From assembly GCA_045534875.1 (NCBI GenBank), contig JAZSKO010000049.1, positions 1 to 47,544 on the forward strand: a DNA stretch of 47,544 bases. The letters run 5' to 3'. The translations under genes and the position numbers were made by a program. The DNA comes from Eubacteriales bacterium (GTDB taxonomy: Bacteria > Bacillota > Clostridia > Oscillospirales > CAG-272). This document shows, piece by piece, positions 1 through 9,235 of this stretch. How positions within the stretch are numbered: the first letter of the stretch is position 1; every line of letters begins with the position of its first letter. The notes below the pieces were generated by a model, which saw nothing but the letters and a program-made list of their open reading frames with translations, was not told the DNA's origin and searched no databases.

Positions 1-84
1 TGAACAAGTCCGTTAAAAACGGACAATAGACAAAAGCCCCCTTGATGTGGTAGAATAAAGATACCATATCAAGGGGGTAATTGT

Positions 85-372
85 ATGCCAAGGAAATATC
101 AACACACAAAAGAACTATTGCCACAAATCAAAAAGATGTTAGACCAAGGAATGACACATAAGCAAATAGAAGAAAAACTTGGTTTAACAGGAAAACGACC
201 TGTGCACGAACTATTGAAGAGAGAACGCAAAAAAGAAGCAACTACACGTCTACCAAAAGCACGTATAAGAAAACCAGCAAAAACGTTACAAGAATACAAA
301 TACGAAAATAAACGATTGAAGATGGAAAATGAATTATTGCGGGATTTTCTCTCGCTCACAGAAAGGAAGTGA
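85..372 (+). CDS. IS3-family transposase OrfA (HTH / leucine-zipper-like)
   Basis: 95 aa, basic. HTH-like MTHKQIEEKLGL and a C-terminal heptad-like LKMENELLRDFL. Its stop overlaps the OrfB GTG (GTGA at 369-372). RBS GGGGGT lies upstream of ATG 85. Confidence 0.85.
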   Translation: MPRKYQHTKELLPQIKKMLDQGMTHKQIEEKLGLTGKRPVHELLKRERKKEATTRLPKARIRKPAKTLQEYKYENKRLKMENELLRDFLSLTERK

Positions 373-1223
373 GGACAAGCGTAAAATATATGGTGATCTA
401 TCGGCATAAGGATAAATATTCAATCAGTGAAATGTGCCGGTTCTTTGAAGTATCGAGAAGTGGCTACTATGACTATGTCAAAAGGATGGATGTTCCCGCA
501 TGGGATCTTCCTCTGGCAGAGAAGATACGAGAGTGTCAGGAACACAGCCACAGCACCTACGGTTATCGTAGAGTGCAAATATGGCTTGAAAGGAAAGGAA
601 TACATAAGAATCCTAAAACCGTTCTCCGTGTTATGCAGAAATATAATCTGTTATCAGAGGTTAGAAGAAAGAAGTACCATAACTACACAACTGGCATATA
701 TGTATATCCGAATCGTTTAGCAAGGGATTTTCATGCAGAGCGCCCTAATCAGAAGTGGGTAACGGATATTTCTTACATCAAGACAGGACAGGGCTTCTTG
801 TATCTATCGGTCATTCGTGACCTCTATGACAACAGTATCGTTGCATACAAGACGGGCACTGAACAGAACATTAATCTCGTGCTTTCTACAATCAGAGCAG
901 CCAAAAGAAAGGAAAAGGTCACCGCAGAGCTGCAACTCCACAGTGACCAAGGCTTTCAGTACACCTCGCAAGCGTATTATAGCCTAACAAAATCATACCA
1001 CATTACGCCGTCAATGTCAAGTAGGGGAAATCCTTATGACAATGCTATGGCTGAAAATTTCTTTTCCATTCTCAAAACTGAATGTATTTACCGTGCGAAA
1101 ATCCGCACCTATGAGGAGGCGCGCCTCCTCATAGGTGCATACATACACTTCTACAACAATGAACGTATTCAACTCAAAACAAAACTGACACCACTCGAAA
1201 AGCGATGTCAGTTCGTTGCTTAA
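369..1223 (+). CDS. IS3-family transposase OrfB (DDE/rve integrase core)
   Basis: 284 aa with DDE-type motifs WVTDISY, HSDQGFQYTS and NPYDNAMAENFF. It lies in the -1 frame relative to OrfA. Confidence 0.9.
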   Translation: MRTSVKYMVIYRHKDKYSISEMCRFFEVSRSGYYDYVKRMDVPAWDLPLAEKIRECQEHSHSTYGYRRVQIWLERKGIHKNPKTVLRVMQKYNLLSEVRRKKYHNYTTGIYVYPNRLARDFHAERPNQKWVTDISYIKTGQGFLYLSVIRDLYDNSIVAYKTGTEQNINLVLSTIRAAKRKEKVTAELQLHSDQGFQYTSQAYYSLTKSYHITPSMSSRGNPYDNAMAENFFSILKTECIYRAKIRTYEEARLLIGAYIHFYNNERIQLKTKLTPLEKRCQFVA

Positions 1224-1341
1224 TTATTAAATATCCTACCCGCAAGGGGCTTTTTGTACTGTCCGTACAATTTGGGGCAGTTTATTTTACGGGGGGATAT
1301 TTATTGGAATATTCGCTATACGGGTCGAAATTTCCCGTGTT

Positions 1342-2268
1342 TTACGGTTCCGATTGCTCCGGGGAAACAGGGGAATCCTCTGTGGCTTTCAGATTTCGAC
1401 GAAAATCGTTTGGAGTTACTCCGTTGGTCTTGCGAAAGCAGGTGGCAAAATACGTGTAGTTCTGAAATCCACATTCCAAGCTGATCTGGTGAATGCTCTT
1501 ATCGGTGTGCTTCAAAAGAAAGCGCGCCTGCTTCAAGCGGATCTCGTTGAGCTTGGTAATATAGTTCACACCAAATTCACGCATCACAAGGCGAGAGGCC
1601 TGTCGGGAGGAGAGCTGGATCGAATCGGCCAAGTCCTGCAGCTTGATGTTTTCCTTATAGCGCAGACGAAGGAAGCATTCCACGCGATCACGCCAATAGC
1701 CACTGTATTTCGGCTCAATGGCAGGGAAGACCTCGTCGCAGGGAACTTTGGAAAGACGAAGAATGTCGGTCAGCAAAAGGGTACAAAGCGATTGCAGGGA
1801 GCAGAAATATCCACTGCGACTCTCTTTCAATTCCAAAGCAATGTTTTGAAAGGTCTTGGCGAGGGTAAGGTCGGGATCGCGCACGATGCGGATCATGTTG
1901 AAGACCTCGATCAGGCGAGCATAGCTCTTTTTATGCTTGATGCTGGCATGCTCGCTTGGAGGCTTGACCGAAAAACGAAGACGGTAGATGGTAATATCGA
2001 GGGAAAGATCCTCGATGAGCTGATAGTGCCATTCTCCGGGGCGAACGAGGATCAGGTCTCCCGCTCCCAAAGTGAGCCCTTCGCCCTCGACCGTGTATTT
2101 TCCTTTGCCACGCAACACATATTGAAGCTCATAGCAGCCGTGATCGTGCGGATCGGCGAAGCAAAGCGTTCCCGTGGCGTAGATGCGGTCATTCACAAAA
2201 AAGAAAAGGCGCAAGGGACCAATGGAAATTGGAATTTCAAGGGAAGAATACAAATTGGTTTGTTCCAT
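1342..2268 (-). CDS. AraC-family transcriptional regulator (cupin-like sensor + double HTH)
   Basis: 308 aa. C-terminal AraC signature LQDLADSIQLSSRQASRLV...IHQISLECGFQNYTYFATCFRK. RBS AAAGGAG is upstream of the start. It is divergent from the propeller locus. Confidence 0.9.
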   Translation of the reverse strand: MEQTNLYSSLEIPISIGPLRLFFFVNDRIYATGTLCFADPHDHGCYELQYVLRGKGKYTVEGEGLTLGAGDLILVRPGEWHYQLIEDLSLDITIYRLRFSVKPPSEHASIKHKKSYARLIEVFNMIRIVRDPDLTLAKTFQNIALELKESRSGYFCSLQSLCTLLLTDILRLSKVPCDEVFPAIEPKYSGYWRDRVECFLRLRYKENIKLQDLADSIQLSSRQASRLVMREFGVNYITKLNEIRLKQARFLLKHTDKSIHQISLECGFQNYTYFATCFRKTNGVTPNDFRRNLKATEDSPVSPEQSEP

Positions 2269-2332
2269 GCGCAGTGCTCCTTTTGGGGTTTGATATAAGA
2301 AAATGAGAGGATGTTTTCATCCGTACAGTTTT

Positions 2333-2361
2333 ATTATACCCGTTCTTTTTTTAGAATGCAA
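2333..2361 (-). promoter_or_regulatory. sigma-A-type promoter for the AraC-family gene
   Basis: On the minus strand: TTGCAT (2361-2356), 17 nt, TATAAT (2338-2333), ~60 nt upstream of start 2268. Confidence 0.5.
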
Positions 2362-2433
2362 GTGGGTTTCCAAAAATAAAAGTAAATAATAAGACAACTT
2401 TCAACCCAATATGTCTCTTTATTTAATGGTTTC

Positions 2434-2567
2434 TGCGTTTTATCGCCAAAACGCGTTTTTTGAAGGAAGAAAGGGATCAACACCACGATCTCTGCTTTTT
2501 TGGAGGCAACAGAACGGAAATGGATACACGTATTTGAAGATTAATTTTTCAGACAAGTGCGTTTTAT
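2434..2567 (+). promoter_or_regulatory. Direct repeat TGCGTTTTAT x2 (2434-2443, 2558-2567) plus a GCGTTTT-containing palindrome AAAACGCGTTTT (~2448-2459); candidate AraC-type operator sites
   Basis: Exact 10-nt repeat read in the divergent intergenic region. The promoter-proximal copy ends 19 nt before the -35 of the + strand promoter. Confidence 0.3.
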
Positions 2568-2585
2568 AGAGGGCGGAAAACTTTA

Positions 2586-2614
2586 TTTACATTTGATTCT
2601 CAGAATGTTATAAT
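2586..2614 (+). promoter_or_regulatory. sigma-A-type promoter of the propeller locus
   Basis: TTTACA (2586-2591), 17 nt, TATAAT (2609-2614), with an extended -10 TGt. Confidence 0.6.
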
Positions 2615-2698
2615 AAGGTAGTTAGAGGCTTGTGCCGAAAAACAAACAAATAACATTCGTTTTCTTTGTTCAAAATGAACAAAAAAGGAGGGGTTACC

Positions 2699-3790
2699 AT
2701 GAAGCACGGAATTGTTGGAAGGATCACGGAAGGGAATTTCCGCTATCAGGGATGGCCGTCGGTCTGTCGGGATGAAAGGGGCGTTTTATACGCCGTTTGC
2801 TCGGGGCATCGGTTGGCGCACATCTGCCCGTTTGGAAAGAATCTGATGTACGTCAGCTATGATGACGGCGTTACGTGGTCCTGCCCGATCATTGTAAACG
2901 ATACCGTTCTGGATGACCGCGATGCGGGCATTCTGTCCTTGGGAGACGGAAAGATGCTTCTGTCTTGGTTTGATCTTCCAAAGAGTTATTTCTTGGATCA
3001 GGAGGAACGCCTTTGCAATGGCAGGACCTTCCGAGGAGAAAAGGGGCTGTTTCAGGGAATTCTCGATCAATGGAAGAACACGCCGGAGGAGGAATTGCAA
3101 TCCGGCTCGTTCATTCGGTTGTCGGATAACCACGGTCTGACGTGGAGTCCCGCCATTCGTGTACCCGTCACCGCTCCCCATGGGCCGAACCGCATGAAGA
3201 ACGGCGATCTCATCTATTTGGGCAAGTGCATGGATCGGGTATACAGCAACGCCGAGGGCATTGTTCTTTCTTTCAGCCATGACAATGGATTGACGTGGGG
3301 AGAGTGCGTCACACTTCCGTTCCCTGAGAGTGTTTCTCCACACTGGTGTCATGAGCCCCATATTGCGGAGCTGGCAGACGGCACACTGTTGGCGGCCACT
3401 CGCGTGCATGAAAATGGAACGGATCGCGGTGAAAACTTCACGGTTTACCTCTCGCGCTCCAAGGATGGAGGAAAAACATGGAGCGTAGCCGAGCCCACGG
3501 GCTGGTGCGGCTCGCCTCCTCATATCTACGTGCATTCCACAGGGGCGGTGATCATCACCTACGCGCGCAGAATGAATGAGTTTGGAACGCGTGGTCGCGT
3601 CAGCTTTGACAACGGAAAAACGTGGAGTCAGGAGATCATCCTCAGTAGCGGCCCCGATGGCGACCTCGGCTATCCCTGTACCACCGAATGCTCCGATAGT
3701 TCCTTGCTCACCGTTTACTATCAACGAGTTCCCGAGGATCGCGTGGATTCGATCCTGCAAACGACTTGGAATCTCTCGGAAGTGAAGTAA
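2699..3790 (+). CDS. BNR/Asp-box sialidase-superfamily beta-propeller, no signal peptide (cytoplasmic paralog 1)
   Basis: ATG 2699 is preceded by AAAGGAGGGG (2685-2694). The track start at 2666 is a TTG with no RBS. Five Asp-boxes: SYDDGVTW, SDNHGLTW, SHDNGLTW, SKDGGKTW, SFDNGKTW. FRYQGWPS lies near the N-terminus and GYPC near the C-terminus. Confidence 0.8.
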   Translation: MKHGIVGRITEGNFRYQGWPSVCRDERGVLYAVCSGHRLAHICPFGKNLMYVSYDDGVTWSCPIIVNDTVLDDRDAGILSLGDGKMLLSWFDLPKSYFLDQEERLCNGRTFRGEKGLFQGILDQWKNTPEEELQSGSFIRLSDNHGLTWSPAIRVPVTAPHGPNRMKNGDLIYLGKCMDRVYSNAEGIVLSFSHDNGLTWGECVTLPFPESVSPHWCHEPHIAELADGTLLAATRVHENGTDRGENFTVYLSRSKDGGKTWSVAEPTGWCGSPPHIYVHSTGAVIITYARRMNEFGTRGRVSFDNGKTWSQEIILSSGPDGDLGYPCTTECSDSSLLTVYYQRVPEDRVDSILQTTWNLSEVK

Positions 3791-3818
3791 AGAGAACACA
3801 ATGAAAGGAGAAATAAGA

Positions 3819-5102
3819 ATGAAGAAAAACAGAAAGCTGATTTTTCTGACAGCATTGCTTCTCTTGTCCATGCTGCTCTCGGCGTGTAACACACAGGGAG
3901 GCAGTACGGTCGGCACAACGGCTGAGCCGAGCGCCGAAGCCCCAACCACCACACAGCCGATCGAGGATGACTCTCCGAAGGTCGAGCTTCCCGCGGATAA
4001 AACCCTGACGCAGGGCATCGTGGGCGAGATCAAGGGAGGAGAGCGGAAGTATCAGGCATGGCCGTCGGTCTGCTCGGATGAGGATGGCGTTCTCTATGCG
4101 GTGGCCTCGGGCTATCGCGCAGGACACATCTGCCCCTTCGGCAAGGATGTTATGTATATCAGCCGAGACGGAGGACAGACGTGGTCCACCCCCTATCTCA
4201 TCAATGACACCGTGATGGACGACCGCGATTGTGGCATTCTGTATCTTGGCGAGGGCAAGATGCTGATCTCTTGGTTCCATAACGCGCCGGAGTACTATTA
4301 CAACTACTACGAAAAGAACCCCTCGCAACTTACCTCTCAGGTGCAAGCGATCTTGAATCAATGGAAGCAGCTTCCGGCGGAGGAGCAGAGAAACGGCGGA
4401 TCGTATGTGATGCTTTCCGAGGATTACGGCGTGACGTGGCAGGAGCCTGTCCGTGTACCGATCTCCGCGCCGCACGGCCCGACACTGCTCTCCGATGGTC
4501 GACTGCTCTACGCAGGCAATGAGCATTTTGCAACCGACGGTGGCGGATATTTGTCCGGCATCAAGGTCTACGAAAGCTCCGATAACGGCAAAACGTGGAC
4601 GGCATCCGGCTCGATCACCGCGCCGAGAGCAAACACCTTTGAGCCTCACGTCGCCGAGCTAGCGGATGGCTCGATCCTCTGCGCCATTCGCGCACATACG
4701 AATGGAAAGGATAGCGGAAAGGATCTGACGATCTATCTCTCGAAATCCACAAACGGAGGGAAATCCTGGACGGTAGCAAAGGCCACGGGCTGGTGTGGCT
4801 CGCCGCCTCACATTCTGGTGCATTCGTCGGGGGCTGTGATCCTGACCTACGGCTTTCGGGGTGTTGATGGCGATAATGCCTACGGCGTCAGAGCGCGCGT
4901 CAGCTACGATAACGGAAGCACGTGGAGCGATGAGATCATTCTCAGCAACAATTCCCCCTCGGGCGACTGTGGCTATCCTTGCTCCGCCGAGCTGCCCAAT
5001 GGCGCGATCGTAACGGTTTATTATCAAGCGATCGCAAAGGGCGAGCCCTGCTCGATCCTTTACACCCGTTGGTGGCACACCGAGGAGGCAAAGCAGGGAT
5101 GA
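3819..5102 (+). CDS. BNR/Asp-box sialidase-superfamily lipoprotein (paralog 2)
   Basis: ATG 3819 follows AAAGGAG. Lipoprotein signal MKKNRKLIFLTALLLLSMLLSAC. Asp-boxes SRDGGQTW, SEDYGVTW, SSDNGKTW, SYDNGSTW. Collinear with paralog 1 (RKYQAWPSVCSDEDGVLYAV..., GYPC). Confidence 0.8.
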   Translation: MKKNRKLIFLTALLLLSMLLSACNTQGGSTVGTTAEPSAEAPTTTQPIEDDSPKVELPADKTLTQGIVGEIKGGERKYQAWPSVCSDEDGVLYAVASGYRAGHICPFGKDVMYISRDGGQTWSTPYLINDTVMDDRDCGILYLGEGKMLISWFHNAPEYYYNYYEKNPSQLTSQVQAILNQWKQLPAEEQRNGGSYVMLSEDYGVTWQEPVRVPISAPHGPTLLSDGRLLYAGNEHFATDGGGYLSGIKVYESSDNGKTWTASGSITAPRANTFEPHVAELADGSILCAIRAHTNGKDSGKDLTIYLSKSTNGGKSWTVAKATGWCGSPPHILVHSSGAVILTYGFRGVDGDNAYGVRARVSYDNGSTWSDEIILSNNSPSGDCGYPCSAELPNGAIVTVYYQAIAKGEPCSILYTRWWHTEEAKQG

Positions 5103-6532
5103 ACCCACAAAAAATCGTAGTGCTTTTGTTACTCATTGCACAACTGCTCCTGCTTTGTTGCGGAAGCGTTGGGGCAGAGGAGGCAGACAAGCTGGAAAAT
5201 CAATTTGAGCCGCAACAGGTAGCCATCCCGGATGTAAACAATGCGTTTAACGAGACGCTTGCCTTTTCGGCAAACTACACGACCTCAAAGCTGATCGAGG
5301 TACAAAAGGGGGATGTGATTACCTTTGGCCCTGTTTTGGTAACCTCGTCAAATTGGTTTTTAGCTCCCTATCAGGCAAACGGATCAAAGGCTTGCGACGC
5401 CGTTTCCTTCTCCCATTGTACGCGCGTAGGGATGCAATACGATGGAAGGGATCTTACCTATTTCTTATCATGGACAGTTCCCGACAATGTTCGGTATATT
5501 CGAATGGCGGCACCGGCAACACGAACGGGAGAGATCTTGCTTACCGTCAATCAGCCCTATACCCTTGCAGAATACAAGGCTTACATCGCACAGGCAAGGA
5601 CTCCGAAAAATCCCGATAGCGTTCTCAACGGAAAAAAGGCTCTTTTCGTGGGAGATTCGCTGGTTTTCGGCTCGTATGATGCCGCACCGCCCGCAACGGG
5701 ACGCTCATGGTGGGGCAGGATCGCGATCAACACAGGCTTGCAGGCGGTTGGAGCAGGCGTGGGAGGCGCAACGGTGGCGAAATGCGCGGATGCCGCAGGC
5801 TGGATCGCGGATCAGATCACCGATCAAGCCTCGGAGAATTACGATATCGTTGTGATCGAGGGCGGTTGTAACGATGCGCGCCGCTCGCTCCCCATCGGGA
5901 ATATGTTACATACCGAGGAGAAAGCGGAGCTTCTGGAAAACACGAACACCTTTGCAGGAGGATTGCAATGGATCATCCATCAGGCAAAAAAGAATTGGCC
6001 AAACGCCATCCTCTTTTACACCTCCACCATCCATCAGGATGCTCACACAACCGGTAGCATCAAGCAAAGTCAGGACTATTACGATATAGCCGAAGCTCTC
6101 TGCGAGAGATACGGAGTGGTTTACATCGACCTCTATAACAACACGGAATTAAACAGCAAGCTGCAAAGCTCCACCCCCAAGTATCTCCCTGATACGCTTC
6201 ACCCAACCTCAGAGGGCTATGACATCATCGCTCCGTATGTGCAAGCTCCCATCGAGGCCACTCTGCAAGCGCTCCTGCCGCCTTCGGACAAAGAAACGGA
6301 AGACGGCGGAGATGCCACCCCTTCAACGGGAGACACCACCCAAGCTGAGCCGCAGGAAAGCGGAACGGTGGAGGGAAGCTCCCACCCAACGCAGACAAGT
6401 CCGTCAAGCGGATGCGCCTCCACTCTGTCGGGATCCCTCGCGGCGATCCTGATGGTAGCGGCGGCCGTGGCTTGTGTGCAAAAAAAGGGAAGGCGGGCGA
6501 AATGCTCCCGATGCCTTCCACCCAACTCTTGA
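5099..6532 (+). CDS. Secreted SGNH/GDSL-family esterase with an N-terminal beta-sandwich-like domain and a C-terminal GCAS-TM-basic tail
   Basis: ATG 5099 overlaps the upstream stop (ATGA). Signal peptide MNPQKIVVLLLLIAQLLLLCCGSVGA. SGNH blocks FVGDSLVFGS (I), GGCNDA (III) and DTLHPT (V). The Thr/Pro/Ser-rich linker is followed by SSGCASTLSGSLAAILMVAAAVACVQKKGRRAK. Confidence 0.8.
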   Translation: MNPQKIVVLLLLIAQLLLLCCGSVGAEEADKLENQFEPQQVAIPDVNNAFNETLAFSANYTTSKLIEVQKGDVITFGPVLVTSSNWFLAPYQANGSKACDAVSFSHCTRVGMQYDGRDLTYFLSWTVPDNVRYIRMAAPATRTGEILLTVNQPYTLAEYKAYIAQARTPKNPDSVLNGKKALFVGDSLVFGSYDAAPPATGRSWWGRIAINTGLQAVGAGVGGATVAKCADAAGWIADQITDQASENYDIVVIEGGCNDARRSLPIGNMLHTEEKAELLENTNTFAGGLQWIIHQAKKNWPNAILFYTSTIHQDAHTTGSIKQSQDYYDIAEALCERYGVVYIDLYNNTELNSKLQSSTPKYLPDTLHPTSEGYDIIAPYVQAPIEATLQALLPPSDKETEDGGDATPSTGDTTQAEPQESGTVEGSSHPTQTSPSSGCASTLSGSLAAILMVAAAVACVQKKGRRAKCSRCLPPNS

Positions 6533-6583
6533 TTCATCTTATATAAGGTGAAAATAAAAATTTTTTCAAAGGAGACGAACCCC

Positions 6584-9163
6584 ATGAAAAAACTTCTCAG
6601 TTTGTTCCTCACCCTCGCCATGCTGTTTGGGCTGGCGGCAGTGCCGGTGTTCGCAACCGAATCGACCGTGATCGGTTACGCCCCCGCCATTTCCGAAGCA
6701 GCCAAAGCGGCGAACGCCGAAAACGTAGCGGCAGCCACCGAGATCACGGCTACCACTGCGTACGACGCCAGCGTCACCTACTGGAAGATCTCGACAGCCG
6801 AAGGCTTTTTGAGATTTGCTCAGCTGTGTGACGGTACCAACAAGTTTGCAGGTAAGACGGTTTACCTGACGGCAAACATCGACCTGAGCTTTGCAGGTGT
6901 CTTCACCCCCGTGGCTCCCTCCGGCTCGGAGCGCTTCTCCGGAACCTTCGACGGTCAGGGCTACGCGATCGACAACGTTGAGATCGTTTCTTCCGCTTCT
7001 ATGGTAAATGGCTCGATCTTTGGCCTTATTGAAAACGGAACGATCAAGAACCTTGTGGTCGGAAGCGGCGTGCTGGTCCATGCCAAGGATCGTAGCCACG
7101 GCACAAACAACGCGGCTGTCTGCTCGCAGGCAATTGGAACCAGAAACTATTTTACCAACATCTACTCGGCCGCTACCGTGATCGGTGTTTCGAATATGAC
7201 GGCAGGAATCGTTGCATTGGATAACGCCGGTACGGCCAACACCCTCTCGAACGTCACCAACGCAGGAAACGTTTGCGGTAACTACGGCAGAACCGGCGGT
7301 CTCATCGGTCGCGCAAGCTATCCTACCGTGATCGAGAACTGCCGCAACATTGGTAGCGTAACGGGCGGTATCAGAAATGACGCCAGCAACGGTGTTGGCG
7401 GTTTCATCGGCGGAACCAACGGAAATAACAATCAAACCATCACGATCACCAACTGCATCAACAACGGCTCTGTGATCGCTGTTGGGGCTGCTACGGCAGG
7501 CAAGAACATCAAGATGGCAGGATTTGTGGGTACCAAGTCGGGAAGTCCCGGCGAAACGGTTGTCTTTACCAACTGCTACAACTACGGCACCGTGACCCCG
7601 GATGCAAATACCACCGCCTACGGTCTTGCCGACACCACGAACACGGCAAACACCTTTACCAACAGCGAGGACAGAGCAGGTCAGACCGACGCAACCCTCG
7701 CAACTGCCTTCACCTACCTCGACGCAGGCTATCAGGCAGACATCGTAAAGAAGGTTGATCTCACCGGAATTGCGAACATCCTCAACTACTCCGCGTCTGC
7801 AACCGACACCAAGTACATGATCGACACCCCCGCAGGCCTTGTGAAGCTCGCCGAGATCGTCAACGGCGGCGACACCCTCTCGGGCAAGACCATCTACCTC
7901 GGTGCTGACATCAACATGGTCAACGTGACCGACTTCACTCCCATCGGAAACACCGCTGATCTGGTATTCTCGGGTACCTTTGACGGTCAGGGACACGTGA
8001 TCGACAATCTCGTCGTAAAGACCACCGGCGCATACGTTGGTCTGTTCGGCAAGATCAAGAACGCAAGTGTTTGCAATGTTGTGATTGGTGCGAATTCCTC
8101 CTTCTCCGCCACCTCCTCTGTGGCAAACCATAGCTTTGGTAGCATTGCAGGTCTGGCCCATGGCGTCAGCACGATCTACAACGTCTATTCCGCGGCTGCT
8201 GTGATCGAGAACAAGTCCACCGTTGGCTACAACGGCGGTATCCTTGGCTCGAATTACATGGCAGGCACCGGCTCGCACGTGATCGTTCGCAACGCAACCT
8301 ATGCAAATGCAACCGATGGCATTTCCTCCACCCGTCGCGCAGGCGGTATTATGGGATATGTTTACACGAATGAGAATAATTATTGCACCAACGGTGTTTA
8401 CATCTTCAACTGCCACAACACAGGAAAGGTTTCCTGCACCAATGCAACCGGGGACAGCGGCATGAATGCGGCAGGCATTCTGGGTCATGCACAACACGGA
8501 ACGGCTCACATCAGCGGTTGTGTGAACAGCGGCGAGACGAGCGCACCCTACAAAGCATCCATTCTGGCTGTTTCCAACACCAGCAACACCTACACCGCTA
8601 TTTCCAACTGCGTCAGCTACACCGCCGATCCCATCTGCAAGGAGAATGCGATCGGTAAGGTCGCCGCTTCGGGATGCACCGTCTCCGCCGAGACCGCACC
8701 TGTTGCAACTGCGCCTGTTGCAAGCTATCCCGCCGCGATGATCCACGGCTATCAGAAGTCCACTGCAACCTACACCAATAAGGATAAGGAGTGCATCTCG
8801 ATCCGTCTGGTTGGCTCGATCGACTCGGACGCCTACAAGAAGGTCGGCTTCAAGATCACCGTGACCACGGACAACAACACCTACGACTTTGATTATTCCG
8901 ACACCACCGTGTATTCCGCGCTTACCGCCACCACGGATGGAAGCATCGGAACGGTCGCCATCAGCTCGATCCGCGATAGCGCATCCGCTTTCTATGCTGT
9001 TACCATCAAGAACCTGTCCACCTCGCTTGGAACCATTGATGTTAAGGTAACGCCTTATGCTATCGCAATGGATGGAAGCCCCGTGGAAGGCACCGCCGCT
9101 ACCTTCTTGGTGGATTGCAGTGCGGCCGCTTCCTCGGGCAATGTTGCCGTAAACGAGGGTTAG
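6584..9163 (+). CDS. Secreted repetitive beta-helix surface protein 1 (two FxGTFDGQGxxIDN modules with GLUG-like G-G-[LFI]-[IVM]-G repeats); ends at an in-frame TAG
   Basis: ATG 6584 lies 8 nt after AAAGGAGA. Signal peptide MKKLLSLFLTLAMLFGLAAVPVFA. Motifs FSGTFDGQGYAIDNV and FSGTFDGQGHVIDNL. Repeats RTGGLIGRA, GVGGFIGGT, MAGFVGT, RAGGIMGY, AAGILGH. C-terminal beta-sandwich-like domain. Confidence 0.8.
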   Translation: MKKLLSLFLTLAMLFGLAAVPVFATESTVIGYAPAISEAAKAANAENVAAATEITATTAYDASVTYWKISTAEGFLRFAQLCDGTNKFAGKTVYLTANIDLSFAGVFTPVAPSGSERFSGTFDGQGYAIDNVEIVSSASMVNGSIFGLIENGTIKNLVVGSGVLVHAKDRSHGTNNAAVCSQAIGTRNYFTNIYSAATVIGVSNMTAGIVALDNAGTANTLSNVTNAGNVCGNYGRTGGLIGRASYPTVIENCRNIGSVTGGIRNDASNGVGGFIGGTNGNNNQTITITNCINNGSVIAVGAATAGKNIKMAGFVGTKSGSPGETVVFTNCYNYGTVTPDANTTAYGLADTTNTANTFTNSEDRAGQTDATLATAFTYLDAGYQADIVKKVDLTGIANILNYSASATDTKYMIDTPAGLVKLAEIVNGGDTLSGKTIYLGADINMVNVTDFTPIGNTADLVFSGTFDGQGHVIDNLVVKTTGAYVGLFGKIKNASVCNVVIGANSSFSATSSVANHSFGSIAGLAHGVSTIYNVYSAAAVIENKSTVGYNGGILGSNYMAGTGSHVIVRNATYANATDGISSTRRAGGIMGYVYTNENNYCTNGVYIFNCHNTGKVSCTNATGDSGMNAAGILGHAQHGTAHISGCVNSGETSAPYKASILAVSNTSNTYTAISNCVSYTADPICKENAIGKVAASGCTVSAETAPVATAPVASYPAAMIHGYQKSTATYTNKDKECISIRLVGSIDSDAYKKVGFKITVTTDNNTYDFDYSDTTVYSALTATTDGSIGTVAISSIRDSASAFYAVTIKNLSTSLGTIDVKVTPYAIAMDGSPVEGTAATFLVDCSAAASSGNVAVNEG

Positions 9164-9235
9164 ATCGTTGCAGGAGGGGGAACCTCCTACGCAGCTTGGC
9201 CCAGCATTTGTGTAGATGACGATGGCGTCTTCTAC

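Larger units (their letters stand above)
1..1284 (+). mobile_element. IS3-family insertion sequence (OrfA+OrfB); its left end coincides with the window start
   Basis: Two-ORF transposase arrangement. Imperfect terminal inverted repeats: left 19-44 ACGGACAATAGACAAAAGCCCCCTTG versus the reverse complement of ~1243-1267, ACGGACAGTACAAAAAGCCCCTTG. The ends are TGAAC.../TAAAC... The element is visibly AT-richer than the rest of the window. The right boundary is approximate (1279-1284). Confidence 0.8.

Noticed and set aside
226-236. The A6G run (aaaaaag, 229-235) in IS OrfA as the programmed -1 frameshift site.
   Set aside because: The -1 frame has stops at 309-311 and 330-332 downstream of this run, so a shift here could not produce an OrfAB fusion. 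The run is also not phased as A-AAA-AAG in the OrfA frame.
9161-9163. Genome-wide reassignment of TAG (or TAA) as a sense codon, as an explanation for the in-frame stops at 9161, 47462 and 47486.
   Set aside because: TAG terminates paralog A at 22215-22217 exactly where its paralogs B and C end with TGA. TAA terminates several genes (3790, 10192, 11662) at sensible positions followed by RBSs. No pyl genes are in the window. Local mutation, sequencing error or site-specific read-through is more parsimonious. It cannot be fully excluded without the whole genome.
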